In this document: piece by piece, positions 40,331-53,267 of the stretch | Position numbering within the stretch: the first letter of the stretch is position 1 | Layout of the letters: the number at the start of each line of letters is the position of its first letter | Assembly (NCBI RefSeq): GCF_004010195.1 | Contig: NC_057721.1 | Span: 44,153,761 to 44,217,760, forward strand | Length of the DNA stretch: 64,000 nucleotides | From: Chiloscyllium plagiosum | Taxonomy: Eukaryota | Direction of reading: 5' to 3' | Notes under the pieces: generated by a model | The model's database searches: none | What the model was told of the DNA's origin: nothing | Seen by the model: only the letters and a program-made list of their open reading frames with translations | Made by a program: the position numbers and the translations under genes

Positions 40331-41124
40331 TCTGATTAACCCAATTGTTAATAACGGCCGAAGGCTCGACTGCATTCAAGGCTGGGGGATGCTGAAGGCT
40401 TCTTCTGGCCAACAAGGAATATGACATGACTGGAGCAATACCCTTGCTCTTTTGACACATCTAGCCTCTGATCTGCTGTAGGTTATCTGGAAATCCCTCA
40501 TTCACTAATACCAGTACTTCTTCCACAATGCATCAGGAGATCTGCCACTTATCTTCCCATTCCTGGAATGGAACTTCAAAAACATAATTATTTGGATGTG
40601 ATAAAGTGCTGTAAAGATGGAAGTCCTTTCATCTTTAAAGAAGGAAGTTGATATTGAATATGGAAACAATGTTAATATTCAGTAGTGGATTAAAATGCAG
40701 TGCCTAATGTAAATGTTTAGTTGTGAAACTAGACCATGTTATGTGTGACATAACTGAACATTGAAACAACATACTATATGTAAATTGAATACTTGAATTT
40801 TAAGTATTGTCAAAATACCTATTTGGGATTGCTGACAAAAAGGACTTTCATGAATGAATGACTTTCAACTAAACTGGAAAGTCTGTTTAATTTTTAGAAT
40901 AAGTTCCACATTGAATGCCATTTAGTTTTCATATAATGTAAGTTATATTCTGACTGCTTTTTGCTGCACAGTTGAAAATTGTGGAATTGAAACTTTAAGC
41001 AAGTTTTTCTGATAAGATAACTTTAAGTTCAGATTCCATTTTTAGGTTGGAAACATGAACGCATACCATACAATGTTTCAAAGAATGCTATTGTTTCTAA
41101 CTTGTTTCGTCTTTTTTTTCCTAG

Positions 41125-41342
41125 GTGCTACTCTTCACTCAAAGGCTTGTGCATCATCATCTCTCTTCTACTTCATATTCATCTACCCATTTATAGTCAT
41201 CCTAGCTCTTATTGTTGTTGCACTTTATTTTTATTTGAGGCCAAAGAAACCACAGAAACCTATTAATGAAAAGAGCCTTTGGACACCGATAGAAACATTC
41301 ATTGATGATCCTAAGAGTGAAGAAGAAGAAAATATAAAATAG
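41125..41342 (+). CDS. CD101: CD101-like terminal coding exon: juxtamembrane Cys, transmembrane helix, short acidic cytoplasmic tail
   Basis: Long polypyrimidine tract plus ctAG acceptor, phase 1. GATLHSKACASSSLFYFIFIYPFIVILALIVVALYFYLRPKK..EKSLW..SEEEENIK*, stop TAG 41340-42. Matches the recalled CD101 pattern (SRICSS..YFLFICPF..EKALW..EDEEEDEGN). Confidence 0.9.
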
Positions 41343-43436
41343 CATTTCAATTTTGTTATTTTTATTAACTCTCTATTGTAGCTATGGGAACTGTGTCATA
41401 AATAGCAGCAAGATATCCCTTGTGGTTAAGAAAACAGTGGTGTCAGCCAAACAGAACATTAATTATCATTATCCTTTAAACTAGAATTGATAAACTTTGC
41501 TGAACAAGAAATGTATAAATATGTTTTCATTAGTTTTGCTGTAATTTGCCAGAAAGCTCAGCTTCCCTCCTAGTTCAAACAACTTCACTTCATTCTTAGT
41601 TCCAGTTCATATTATTGCAAACATTTAAGATTTGGGAGCCTTTTTGTACTTTTCAGTTCCTAAATTTAAATTTAAACTTAAAATGCATGTCAAGTTTTTT
41701 TCATGAAGATTTTCTTTTCAACCCTTTCCATGTATTGAAATTATTGCAGCCAATGCCCCAAATCCAGAGCACCTGTAACTTTAAAGTAACAAAATAAGCA
41801 GTGTATTAGATTCTAAAAACCTATCAGGCCAAGCTCTGAAAAGCAATGTGATGTTATCTTAGAATTTGTGCTCAGGGTTGGACTTGTCAAAAATGCTGCA
41901 TCAGCAGAGAACAATTAGTTATTCAGTATCTAGAAAGTGATTGGCGGATACACCATTATATATAGTAAACAGCTTTGTCATTGGGATACAAAGTAGTTGT
42001 CTAAACCTTAGAGATGGTGCAGAGCTGTTTACTCTTAGTACAGTATGAGACTGGATTCATTTTGATTTATTTATAATGAGTTGGCTGAAATAACACCTCA
42101 TTGAAATACATAAGAGTGCAAAAAGTATGAGATGAAAGAACATTATTCAAATCTCAACAACAACAATAACTACAAAGGAAGAGAAATGTATTTAAGTGAT
42201 TATTGAAAAGTTTGGAAGTTCATCTTGCAAAAAATAGTCAACGTTTGTAATGTAATTTTGAATGCTGGTTTAATGCTGAAAAAATGGAATGATTATAGTG
42301 GGGTTTCAAATGGCCTGTTGGAGATGGGTGGAATGGTTTTCATCAAATGAATATGGCATGTGATTTTAGATGTATTAATTACATTGCCAGACAAGAAAGA
42401 AGCTATTTAAAATTTGTTTCTGAAAGATAATGTTAGGATGTGATGGGAGACAGGATTTAAAAAAATATGCACCATGCAAAAGTGTGTTGTAGTGAGGGGC
42501 AGATGCTCAGCTACTCAAGAAATTGGCAAAATTTCTGGGACCAGGACTAGACTTTACTGAGACAGTATTATGTGTGACAGTGTGTAGGTCTGTGCAGATG
42601 GAGTCAGAATGTTTATAAGCTTCTCTGCTGGCATTTATTTAGCCATGCATGAGGAAACAGATTTTTAAAAAAAGTCTTATTTTAGGTGAATATGGTAATA
42701 AAGGATTCTGATATTTACGGTTTATACTAGAAATGAAAAAGCGGATAACAAAGAGTTTTGTTTTCACATTTTCATTGATTTTATAGCTTTTTAGTGTTTA
42801 TACCTGTTTTGGCACAGTTTAGCATTATTACAACAAGGGAATATTTGTGCGCAGTCAGATATATTGCATGCAGAATGACCAAATATTTAACTAAAGTTGG
42901 ACCAGTTACCAGAATTCAGCAAAACAAGAAGATTGCTAAACAATGGGGTAGGAAAAGGAGTTTGAAACATTTGTTGCAGTTCAGGAGTTGCAAGGTTATA
43001 GACTCCTCTGCCAGCTTCCATTCCAGTGTGAAACACATTATTGGTAATTACTTTCAAAACACTCCAAATGAACTATTTTAGCCACAAAATACTCTAAGAT
43101 GATCAGAGGCATGTCAGGGAAGGCATTATCAGCTGGCATTGAAGTGCCATGGTCCAAACAACTGTCATTAATGAGAGGGATGGCCTAGTGGTTTTATTGC
43201 TAGGCTATTAAGCCTGAGACCTGGGAAATGACCAAGGGAACCACAATCAAATCCCACCACGGCAGCTGGTGAAGCTTGAATTCAAAAAAAGAAAATTATG
43301 GAATTAAGAGTCTAACTATCGATTGTTGGAAAGATCTATCTGGTTCACTAATGTCTTTTTGGAAAGGAAACTGCTACCTTACCTAGTCTAGACCCCAGAT
43401 ACACAGTAATATGGTTGACTCTTGATTCCCTCTGGG

Positions 43437-44650
43437 AGAAAGCGAGGACTGCAGATGCTGGAGATCAGAACTGAAAATGTGTTGCTGGAAAAGTGCAGCA
43501 GCATCCAAGGAGCAGGAGAATCGACATTTCGGGCATGAGCCCTGAACAGTTCATCCACTTGACTAACACCTTCCACCCCGACCTCAAATTTACCTGGACC
43601 GTCTCAGACACCTCCCTCCCCTTCCTCGACCTTTCCATTTCTATCTCGGGCGACCGAATCAACACGGACCTTTACTATAAACCGACCAACTCCCACAGCT
43701 ATCTAGACTACACCTCCTCCCACCCTGCCCCCTGTAAAAACGCCATCCCATATTCCCAATTCCTTCGTCTCTGCCGCATCTGCTACCAGGAGGACCAGTT
43801 CCAATACTGAACAACTCAGATGGTCTCTTTCTTCAAAGACCGCAATTTCCCCCCAGATGTGATCGACAATGCCCTCCACCGCATCTCCTCCACTTCCCGC
43901 TCCTCCGCCCTTGAGCCTCGCCCCTCCAATCGCCACCAGGACAGAACCCCACTGGTCCTCACCTATTCATCACCAACCTCCATATACATCGTATCATCCG
44001 TCATCATTTCTGCCACCTCCAAACGGACCCCACCACCAGGGATATATTTCCCTCCCCTCCCCTATCAGCGTTCCGAAAAGACCACTCCCTCCGTGACTCC
44101 CTCGTCAGGTCCACACCCCCCACCAACCCAACCTCCACTCCCGGCACCTTCCCCTGCAACCGCAAGAAATGCAAAACCTGCGTCCACACCTCTCCCCTTA
44201 CTTTCCTCCAAGGCCCCAAGGGATCCTTCCATATCCGCCACAAATTCACCTGCACCTCCACACACATCACTATTGCATCCGCTGCACCCGATGTGGCCTC
44301 CTCTATATTGCGGAGACAGGCCGCCTACTTGCGGAACATTTCAGAGAACACCTCTGGGACACCCAGACCAACCAACCCAACCACCCCGTAGCCCAACACT
44401 TTAACTCCCCCTCCCACTCCACCAAGGACATGCAGGCCCTTGGACTCCTCCATCGCCAGACTTAACCTCCTTCCACCTATCGCATTTCCAACGCCCCTCC
44501 CCCAAGTCCCTCCTCCCTACCTTTTATCTTAGCCTGCTTGGCACACTTTCCTCATTCCTGAAGAAGGGCTCATGCCCGAAACGTCGATTCTCCTGCTCCT
44601 TGGATGCTGCCTGACCTGCTGCGCTTTTCCAGCAACACATTTTCAGCTCT
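43437..44650 (+). mobile_element. Penelope-like retroelement (Neptune-type), 5'-truncated with an inverted pLTR; RT C-terminus and GIY-YIG endonuclease remnants
   Basis: PFLDLSISISGDRINTDLYYKPTNSHSYLDYTSSHP..KNAIPYSQFLR (RT thumb); FPCNRKKCKTC linker at ~44149-44181; YCIRCTRCGLLYIAETGR..FREH (GIY-YIG). Stops, frameshifts and a deletion at ~44461. Inverted termini; TSD attccctctggg (43425-36, 44653-64). Confidence 0.9.
44553..44590 (+). ncRNA. minimal type I hammerhead ribozyme motif in the PLE pLTR
   Basis: CTGAAGA (44558-64), A, stem II GGGC/TCAT/GCCC, GAAA (44578-81), palindromic ACGT, GUC cleavage triplet (44583-85). Stem I is very short. Confidence 0.6.
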
Positions 44651-45634
44651 TAATTCCCTCTGGGCAGTTATAGATGGGCAATACACGCTGGCCAAGCCAG
44701 TGATGACCACCTCCTGTGAATAATGTTTTTTTAAAAATGTGTGGAAAACTATACATGGACATGGTACAACTGAGAACCACTGCCTGTTCAGGTTTCCAAT
44801 TGGTAGACGGGACTTTCAAAGATTGTACCATCTGATATAAGCCAATCGAAATAATTAATGGTATTGAAGATCACTATTACCCTCAATTCCTTTAGGTCTG
44901 CCTCTTTCCAAGCTAGCATTGGAAGTACCTATAGTTTCTAGTTCTTCCTACAGTACTGTAGACATTGGGTGAAAACAGTTTTGACATCAACGACATTGCA
45001 GCTGTCAAATAGCTGACCTCTGACAGTTGCCCTCCTTGTTCCTTCCTGCCGAATAGCAACATCAAATAGATATTGGGTTATAACAGTTGAAACAGGGTAC
45101 AGACGTTAACTTGGCCTATCCATTGGGAAAGCAATGGTATCTCCCATTGCTGCTGCGACCTAACCTGACTCTACTTTACTTTACCTTCACAAGTAAGCAA
45201 AACCCTAATTTAAAAATGTAACATATAAATGATCAGAGTAGGACGTGGTCAATTTTCTGCCCCCTTGGAACTGGCAAAGTTTCATGAGGTATTAACCATT
45301 TCACTCCAGTTCACCAACTGAACACGTTTAAGGTGTGTGTCTTGAATTGGTCAAAGCCTTTTGCTGGTCATTTAAAGTTTGTTCCTTATGTCTCCAACAG
45401 ACAGTATTGACAGAAAAAAATTGATATTTTAAAATAGTTACCATCTAGGGGATCATGTACTGTTAAATAATCTCTAGATATTGCTACTTTTGGCTTTATA
45501 TGAATGTAAGATTTGTTTTTATAAATGATATATAGAGTAACCACCTTATGCTGACAAGTTAATTCTTCATAGATAGGTCCATTTTGTACAGCTTATAATT
45601 TAAATTTCACAAACATTCTTTTATGTTTTTTATG

Positions 45635-45640
45635 AATAAA
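45635..45640 (+). promoter_or_regulatory. candidate distal polyadenylation signal of the CD101-like gene
   Basis: AATAAA preceded by U-rich sequence and TGTA elements (ttttgtaca). An alternative AATAAA lies at 42697-42702. No transcript evidence. Confidence 0.4.
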
Positions 45641-47439
45641 TGCTGAAAATTCTATCTTACAAAGTTAAAGTTAAAATGAGAGCATGTTTGATTACTGTCA
45701 CAGATTTGTGAGAGGATGGCAAGTGCGAAGGGACACATCAGCAAATTGGACCATTATTCCAATTTTGATTCTCTGATTGGGTACAGCGACTTGGAGTGAA
45801 ATCTGCCTCATTATATTAGGGAAACGTACACTGAGTTTGCAGAGTGATTATATTGCAGAGTACTTCAATTATACAATGGCAAGCTGAAATGTTGCAATGC
45901 CAGCAACTGCTAGTAAATCCCTTAAAGTCAATGAAGGCTACAAATTACGTTTCCAAAACACAGCTGGTTTCAATATTATGAGTGTGAAGATGACTGGATG
46001 TCTGTTCCTAGTGACGTCTGGCACAACATACCACATTAGGAAAGATGGTGCACAGTAGGCATCCTGTACTTGTGCCAGAAGCATGAAGCACATTGTCATT
46101 CAGTCAGAGCCTATTAGTTATGTTGCACCATTCTGGACCACCAGCTCAGATAAATTCGATTAGATGCAAAGCTTTGCTCCACATGAACACAGTAAAAGCC
46201 CCAGGATTGTCAGAGAATGTGATTTTAGAAAAAAAAATGTGGATGGTTCAACTGCTGTAGCTTGTAATTTATGTGAGATTGTGGAATGACAATGAAGTAG
46301 GATTTGCGAAGGAGCCTAAGGTACCATCATTCCAGATGGTTTCAGTAGTGTCAGATACTGCAACCAACTGGTCCTGTAACCAGAATCTCTGCACCACTCT
46401 CCTTGCATTGGCCTCTGCGCCAATCTGGGTTCCCTTCAGACCTTCAGTTGCTAAACCCCTCTGCAGAAAAAGATGGTATGTCTCTTCACCATTTTTAGGA
46501 AGGACCCCAGTGCTCCATCAGATAGGATGAAGGCCTTCTCTTTGTCTGCTGTTCCAGTCCTCTCTTTATTGTGTGAAATGTTCTCTGATACTGTTGCTCT
46601 TTGGCTTTAAAGCAAGCCTGCACCCATGCTAGCTCTGTATAAAACTGGGTCCCTACTGATAGACACCATAATCGTGGAGATGATCAAGCAATGTAAAGTT
46701 TGCATGCTGTCTGCTTCACCACAATCCACCAAGATTGTAACTGTGTGTTGCAATTCTCAAATGAGGCCACAAACGAGTCATATCAAGCTTTTAGCTCACA
46801 CTATTTCATCGGAAAAAGCCCCGCTTCCAATTCCAGGTCAGACGTCTGACTCTTAGCTGTTTGGTAATGAGCTAAATAGCACGTGAACAGAACAGATGGA
46901 TATTTCCTGTGAAGGATGAAAATAACTATTGAGAAAGCAAAATACAATTAATACCATTAGTAATGTCTTTCCACACCCCCAGTGTTACAGACCACTGTGC
47001 CCTTTGTTTTTATTAGTGTATTTTCTCCTTCCTTAAAATATTTGGATTCTGACTGAAATTGTGGGGGAGTTAATGAACGTAATGCTTTGAATACGTGCTT
47101 CTTACAGAAATGAGATCACACAACCTCTTTGCCCAGCAGCAAGGTTGGATTAAAAAAAAAAGTGATTGTAGCTCTTAACCATGGCCATAATACTGAGAAA
47201 AAGCATCAGGTAGTGCATACCAGGAAGTATGATTAATTTATTAATGTGGTATCACTGAATGACCTGAGCAAGATATGAAATGAAGAAGGAAAAGCACAAC
47301 TTTAAGTGACAAATCAAGGAAATATTTGTTTCAAAATGTTGCATTTTAATAGGTCGATATTTTAACAACTCACTGGTCCAGAAATCCTAGTGTTACTCCT
47401 ATTTCAAGGAACCATGCAATATTGCATCCAATACAGAAA

Positions 47440-47830
47440 GAGACTATTCAACCCCTTGTGGCTGCACTGCCTCTCTGCATAAGCAAGTTATCCAGCGACA
47501 TTCTCCCACCTTCTCCCCATAACCCTGTACATTGTTTTTTTTCAAATAGCTACCCAAATCCCTCTTGAAGGTCTCAGTTGAACCTCCCTCCAAAACACAT
47601 TCAGGCAGTGCATTAACAATTAGTTGCTTGAAGAAGATTTTCCACATGCCATTTCTGCATGTTTTACCAGTTAGTTTAAATCTACGCCTTTCCTTCGCAG
47701 AGCTTTCACAAGTATGCATGCTTTCTCCTAATCAATTCTGACCAGATCCCTCATGCTTTTGAATGTCCTATAAAACCTCCTCTCAGTATTCTCCTCTCCA
47801 AGAAAATGGACTGATCTTCTCCAATCTACC
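47440..47830 (-). mobile_element. old CR1 3' fragment
   Basis: ORF 47444-47719: NALPECVLEGGSTETFKRDLGSYLKKNNVQGYGEKVG. Confidence 0.7.
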
Positions 47831-48597
47831 TTCATAACTTACATTCTTTCATTTTTAGTGCAGTTTGTGCAATTAGAAATCATATATTAAATAATCTAAT
47901 CACAAATAAACGTGGATATACTCTGAGGTTGGCAAACACAGGCTGGTGAGTACAATCAACATGTGGTCCCCAGCGAATTGTCAATGGGGAATATTGTTTG
48001 GTATGATCCACCAGCTATTGAGACATATAGCCAATGTACCTGAAATCACTCTAGCACTGAAACTCAGATAATTTTACTCATTTGTGTAGGAGGTAAAATA
48101 TCTTTCTTGGTCTGACAGCAGCTAGCTATATCATGCTGCTATTTTGTGGTAACCCATAAGTGGTTTTCTCCACTAACAGGATACAAGGCGATAAAGTTTT
48201 GTAGAGGGCTGGAAAGTCCATAGGGCACTTAGGGCAAATGAGTGTTAAATTTACTTTTCAAATGATAGCAAAATAACTGAAATGAAGCAAAAGTGAGCTC
48301 ATGTTCAGTAAACAGCACAAAGTAAAGTGCAGTTACACTATACAGTCCCAGTTCAGCTCATTGAACTTTGAACTCAAACGCGAAAATAGTAATTGCGAGT
48401 CATATAAAATGGTCAGGTATCCATCTGACAGCTAATTTCACACAATTAATTTTCCATTAGAGTCAAGAAAATTGAGTGCAAGCAGCTGCTGGCCAGTTAT
48501 ATTCCCATCCTGTTTTGCTCCATTACCCAATTTCACACCTTTGGATCAGATGATCAACCACTGTGGAAAGACTGGGGGAAAACTGTGAAAAGAGTCC

Positions 48598-48930
48598 ATT
48601 AAAGAGCAGATGTAGGCCATTCAACCCATAGTCTGCTCTGCCACTTAAAGAGATAGTGGCTCATCTGATAATCCTCAATCCTGTTTTCCTGCCCTTTCCC
48701 CACAACTCTTGATTCCCAGCAGATTACAAATCTTCGAAAACTCTCTGTGGTAAAAAAAATTCCACAGATCCACTATCCTTTAGAGAAAAAAAATCTTCTG
48801 ACCTCTGTCTTAAATGTGCAACCCCAACCCCATGCTGAGCTTATTCCATCTGGTCCTAGATTCTCCCACAAGGAGAAACAACCTTTCTGTTATTACCCTG
48901 TCAAGTCGTCTCAGAATCATATATGTTTCA
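48598..48930 (-). mobile_element. old CR1 3' fragment
   Basis: gagcagatgtaggccattcaaccc..ttccacagatccactatcc..ctggtcctagattctccca, like the 3' end at 8833. Confidence 0.6.
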
Positions 48931-49355
48931 AATTAAGTGGGAATGAAAGAGAAACAAAGCATCCAAGAGGGAAGATTGAGAGGTAGATTAAACAAGCAAT
49001 ATCAGAACATGATTAATAGTGATCAAAAAGTCATGATAATTATACATTCAATTGTTAGTGCATTCAATTGTCTTTAGAGCAGGGCCTGGACATGTTCTTG
49101 TGGTGCAGTGGTAGTTTCCCTACATCCAAATCAGGAACACCTGGATGAAGTGCCTACTGCTCTAAAGGTGAGTTCTAACATCTCTGAGAAGGTTGATTTG
49201 AAAATATCTAGAGCTGGACCCAAGAAACTGCTACATATCTCCCTCTGGTGGTCAGTAGCAGTTTCAAATTTCTTATTTAAGAAATGAAAATCATTGAAAA
49301 GAATTTCAAAATAATACATTTAAATAGGGGACACAATTGTTCATGTATTGTATGT

Positions 49356-49959
49356 TGTTATTGACCAGACCAACCGTATTAAGAAGATAGCCTAAACCCT
49401 AACTTTTTCTTATTTTAAAGGTAAGGCGTTGCATTCCAGATGCTGTTTGATTGATCAAACTACTCGACTTTAAGCAAAACACATTCACTTCATTTTTACA
49501 GTTAAATACAGATGAAATAAAAAGAAAAGAATTTGCTTAATTGTAGCTCATAAAATGCTTAACAAAATAATGCATATATTAGCTACTACCAATTAATTGT
49601 TCCAATAAACTCACCCTTGCCAAAGGCAAAGTAAGTAAAATGGATTTTCTCACATGCAATTCTAGCAACAGGAAGAGAATCTTGGCTTCTGTAACAGAGA
49701 GAGGAATAAGCTTCCCCATCCAGCTTCAAGATCCCAGCAACTACTGAAAGCTAAAAATAAAAATCTGCTTTCTATGGGAATTGGACCCCACCCATTCAGG
49801 CTGCTTCTATTGTTCCAACTTCTATAAAACAAACCCAAGGCTTCACAAGCGGTTTACTTTATTGGCTTTGGAGCAGACGACTCCTCAACTCTGTCTCAAT
49901 CTTTCTTCTTAAAAAGAATCAGGACAAAACAGACCTCTTAAAGCCTTAGTATCATCAGA
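49356..49959 (-). mobile_element. probable solo LTR (Gypsy-like)
   Basis: Starts TGTTA, ends TCAGA (taken as a decayed TCACA), flanked by a 4-bp direct repeat atgt (49352-55, 49960-63); 604 bp, non-coding. Orientation is tentative. Confidence 0.5.
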
Positions 49960-50039
49960 ATGTATATTAGTTAACCCAGAGTAAATGACAAAAGTACGAA
50001 GTAACCAGCATTAATATTTTAAAAAAAACTCTTAAATTT

Positions 50040-51232
50040 TAGAACATAGAACATAGAAGAATACAGCGCAGTACAGGCCCTTCGGCCCTCAATGTTGCGC
50101 CGATCCAAACCCACCTAACCTACACTAGCCCACTATCCTCCATATGCCTATCCAATGCCCGCTTAAATGCCCATAATGAGGGAGAGTCCACCACTGCTAC
50201 TGGCAGGGCATTCCATGAACTCACGAGGCAACATCCTGGTAAACCTCCTCTGCACCCGTTCCAGTGCTTCCACATCCTTCCTATAGTATGGCGTCCAAAA
50301 CTGCACACAATATTCCAGATGCGGTCGTACCAGAGTCTTATACAACTGCATCATGACCTCAGGACTCCGGAACTCAATTCCTCTACCAATAAAAGCCAGT
50401 ACGCCATATGCGTTCTTCACCGCACTATTTACCTGGGTGGCAACTTTCAAAGATTTGTGTACATGGACACCAAGATCCCTCTGCTCATCCACACTACCAA
50501 GTATCCGACCATTAGCCCAGTACCCCATCTTTTTGTTATTCTTCCCAAAGTGAATCACCTCACACTTAGCTACATTGAATTCCATTTGCCACCTTTCTGC
50601 CCAGCTCTGCAGCTTCTCTATATCCTGCTGTAACCTGCCACATCCTTCCTCACTGTCTGCAACTCCTCCGACTTTCGTATCATCCGCAAACTTGCTCGCC
50701 CAAACTTAAAGCCCCTTCTCGAGGTCATTTATAAAAATGACAAACAGCAATGGTCCCAAAACAGATCCTTGCGGAACACCGCTAGTGACGGGACTCCAAG
50801 ATGAACCTTTGCCATCAACTACTACCATCTGATTTCTTCCAGCCAGCCAACTCCTAATCCAAACTTCCAACTCACCCTCAATGCCATACCTCCATATTTT
50901 TTGCAGTAGTCTATCATGGGGAACCTTATCAAACGCCTTACTAAAATCCATGTACACCACATCTACCGCTTTCCCCTCGTCCATCTCCTTAGTCACCTTC
51001 TCAAAGAATTCAATAAGGTTTGTGAGGCACGACCTGCCCTTCACAAAACCATGCTGACTATCCTTGATCACATTATTCCTATCCAGATGTTCATAAATCC
51101 TATCCCTTACAATTCTCTCTAAGATTTTGCCCACAACAGAAGTGAGACTCACCGGCCTATAGTTACTAGGGTTATCCCTACTCCCCTTCTTGAACAAGGG
51201 AACCAACTTTGCTAGCCTCCAATCTTCTGGCA
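50040..51232 (-). mobile_element. relatively young CR1 LINE 3' portion with an internal deletion
   Basis: ORFs 50706-51233 ([45 protein letters not shown]) and 50163-50585; (agaacat)n tail; deletion junction at ~50225. Confidence 0.92.
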
Positions 51233-52636
51233 TTTTCTTTACACAGCTTAATGAAATTCTGCAAATTCTAGAAATCTGAAAGATAAATCAAAATTGCTGA
51301 AAACATACAGCAGATCTGATCATTTGAAAGCTACAGATCTGAGATAGTAATTCAAGGATGATTTTGTTTTGTTTCTAGAGCGAATTGCATTGAGACCCTC
51401 AGAAGGATTCATCCCGTGAGGCCCAGCAAGATTTCTTGCCAAACTTTACCACATTTGCCTCATTAACCACCTATCCATTCCTTAGGCAAAAGGACTGGCA
51501 GCATTGTGGCATCTTTAAATGCATGTTGTGCACCTGGATGGGTACTGGCAGTCCAGAGTACCCCTGCATAATTCCTGACATCTGTTGCAAATGTCGAATG
51601 CAACAGCCTGCTTTGGAGGCAGGGGCCTGACATACCAAATGGACAAGATGATGCACAGACAAGATGTCCACATCCCAGAAGACCAGCAAATAAAGGAGCA
51701 GAATCAGGCCATTCAGCTCATCGAGTCAGCTCTGCCATTTGGTCATGGGTGATATGTTTCTCCTGCCTTCTCTCCATAACCCTCAATTTCCTGACTAATC
51801 AAGATGCTATCTCTGTCTTAATTATATTTAATGACTTGACTTCCACAGTATTCTGTGTCATCTGAGTTCCACAGATTAACCACTCTTTGCTTGAAGAAAT
51901 CACTCCTCATTTCAGTTCTAAAGGGTCATTCCTTTCCTCTGAGGCTGTGCCCTTGGGTCCTAGTTGCTTCTTGTAACGGACCCGTCTTCTCCAAATCCAC
52001 TCTATCTAGGCCTCTTGGTATTCTGTAAGTTTCAAACAGATCCCACCTTCATGCTTCTAAACCCTATTGACTATTGACCCAGAATCCTCAAGCTCTTCTT
52101 ATATGATGAGGTGTTCACCCCGGGATAATTTTTGTAAACCTCCTCTGGAACCCTTCCAGTGCCAGCACATCCTTCCTTACATACAGAGACCCAAAGCTGC
52201 TCACAATATTTCAAACACAGTCTGACCAGAGCCTAACACAGCCACAGCAATACGTCCCTGCTCTTGTATTATAGCCCTCTTGAAATGAGTGTAAACATTG
52301 CATTTGACTTCCTAACTTTCAACTGAACCTGAATATTAACCTTAAGAGAATTCTGAACTGAGGGTCCCAAGATTTCTGAAGCTTTTGCACATTTAGAAAT
52401 AGTCTATGCCTCTATTCTTCCTACCAAAGTGCATAACCCCACACTTTCCCACATTGTATTCCATCTGCCACTTCTTTGACCACTCTCCTAGCCTGTCCAA
52501 CTCCTTCTACAGCATCTCTGTTACTCAACACTACCTGCTCCTCCACCCATCTTTGTGTCATCTGTAACTTAGCAACAATGCAGATTGTTAATGCAGAACA
52601 TAAACAGTTGTGTTCCCCTGTACAGCTTCATTAGTT

Positions 52637-52766
52637 GAGGAGAAAGTGAGGTCTGCAGATGGTGGAGATCAGAGATGGAAATGTGTTGCTGGAAAAGCGC
52701 AGGTCGATTCTCCTGTTCCCTAGATGCTGCCTGACCTGCTGCGCTTTTCCAGCAACACATTTCCAT
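52637..52766. mobile_element. fold-back PLE pLTR insertion (family B)
   Basis: Inverted arms atggaaatgtgttgctggaaaagcgcag / ctgcgcttttccagcaacacatttccat; exact 14-bp TSD cagcttcattagtt (52623-36, 52767-80). Confidence 0.85.
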
Positions 52767-53267
52767 CAGCTTCATTAGTTACTGACTGCCATTCTGAAAA
52801 AGACCCATTTATCCCCACCCTCTGCCTTCTCCCAGTATCCAATCCTCTATTGATGCCAATATTTTGCCCTTAACACCATTGGCATTATCTTATTTAGCAG
52901 GCACCTTATCAAAGGCCTTCTGGAAATTAAAATAGATCACATCTACTGGTTCTCCATTATCTAACTTGCTTGCTACCACCATAAAGAATTCAAACAGAGT
53001 TGTCAGGCATGACCTGTCCTTTATGAAGCCATGTTGACTCAACCATATTTTACCATGCACTTCCAAGTACTCCACAATCTCATCTTTAAATATTGAACTC
53101 TAAAATCTTACCAATGACCAAAGTCAGGCTAACCGGCCTATACTTTCCAATATTCCGTCTCCCTCCCATTCTTAAACAGAGGTGTTACATTAGCCATTTT
53201 CCAATCCTCTGGGACTGCCCCTGACTCCAGTGATTCCTATAAGATCATTACTGAAGTGTAGTCCAAG

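Larger units (their letters stand above)
43170..44730 (+). mobile_element. tRNA-derived SINE with an L2-like tail (43170-43436 plus 44651-44730), split by a PLE insertion
   Basis: Head gatggcctagtgg..tcaaatcccaccacggcagctggtg; tail gatgggcaatacacgctggccaagccagtgatgaccacctcctgtgaat. The halves rejoin across the PLE TSD. Confidence 0.65.

Noticed and set aside
35094-41124. A possible eighth Ig exon, which would favour IGSF3
   Set aside because: No ORF with the Ig-V C..W..DxGxYxC pattern in this intron in the ORF track or by reading. A highly decayed remnant cannot be excluded.
43820-44404. 194-aa proline-rich ORF
   Set aside because: It is an off-frame reading of the C-rich PLE coding region after a frameshift.
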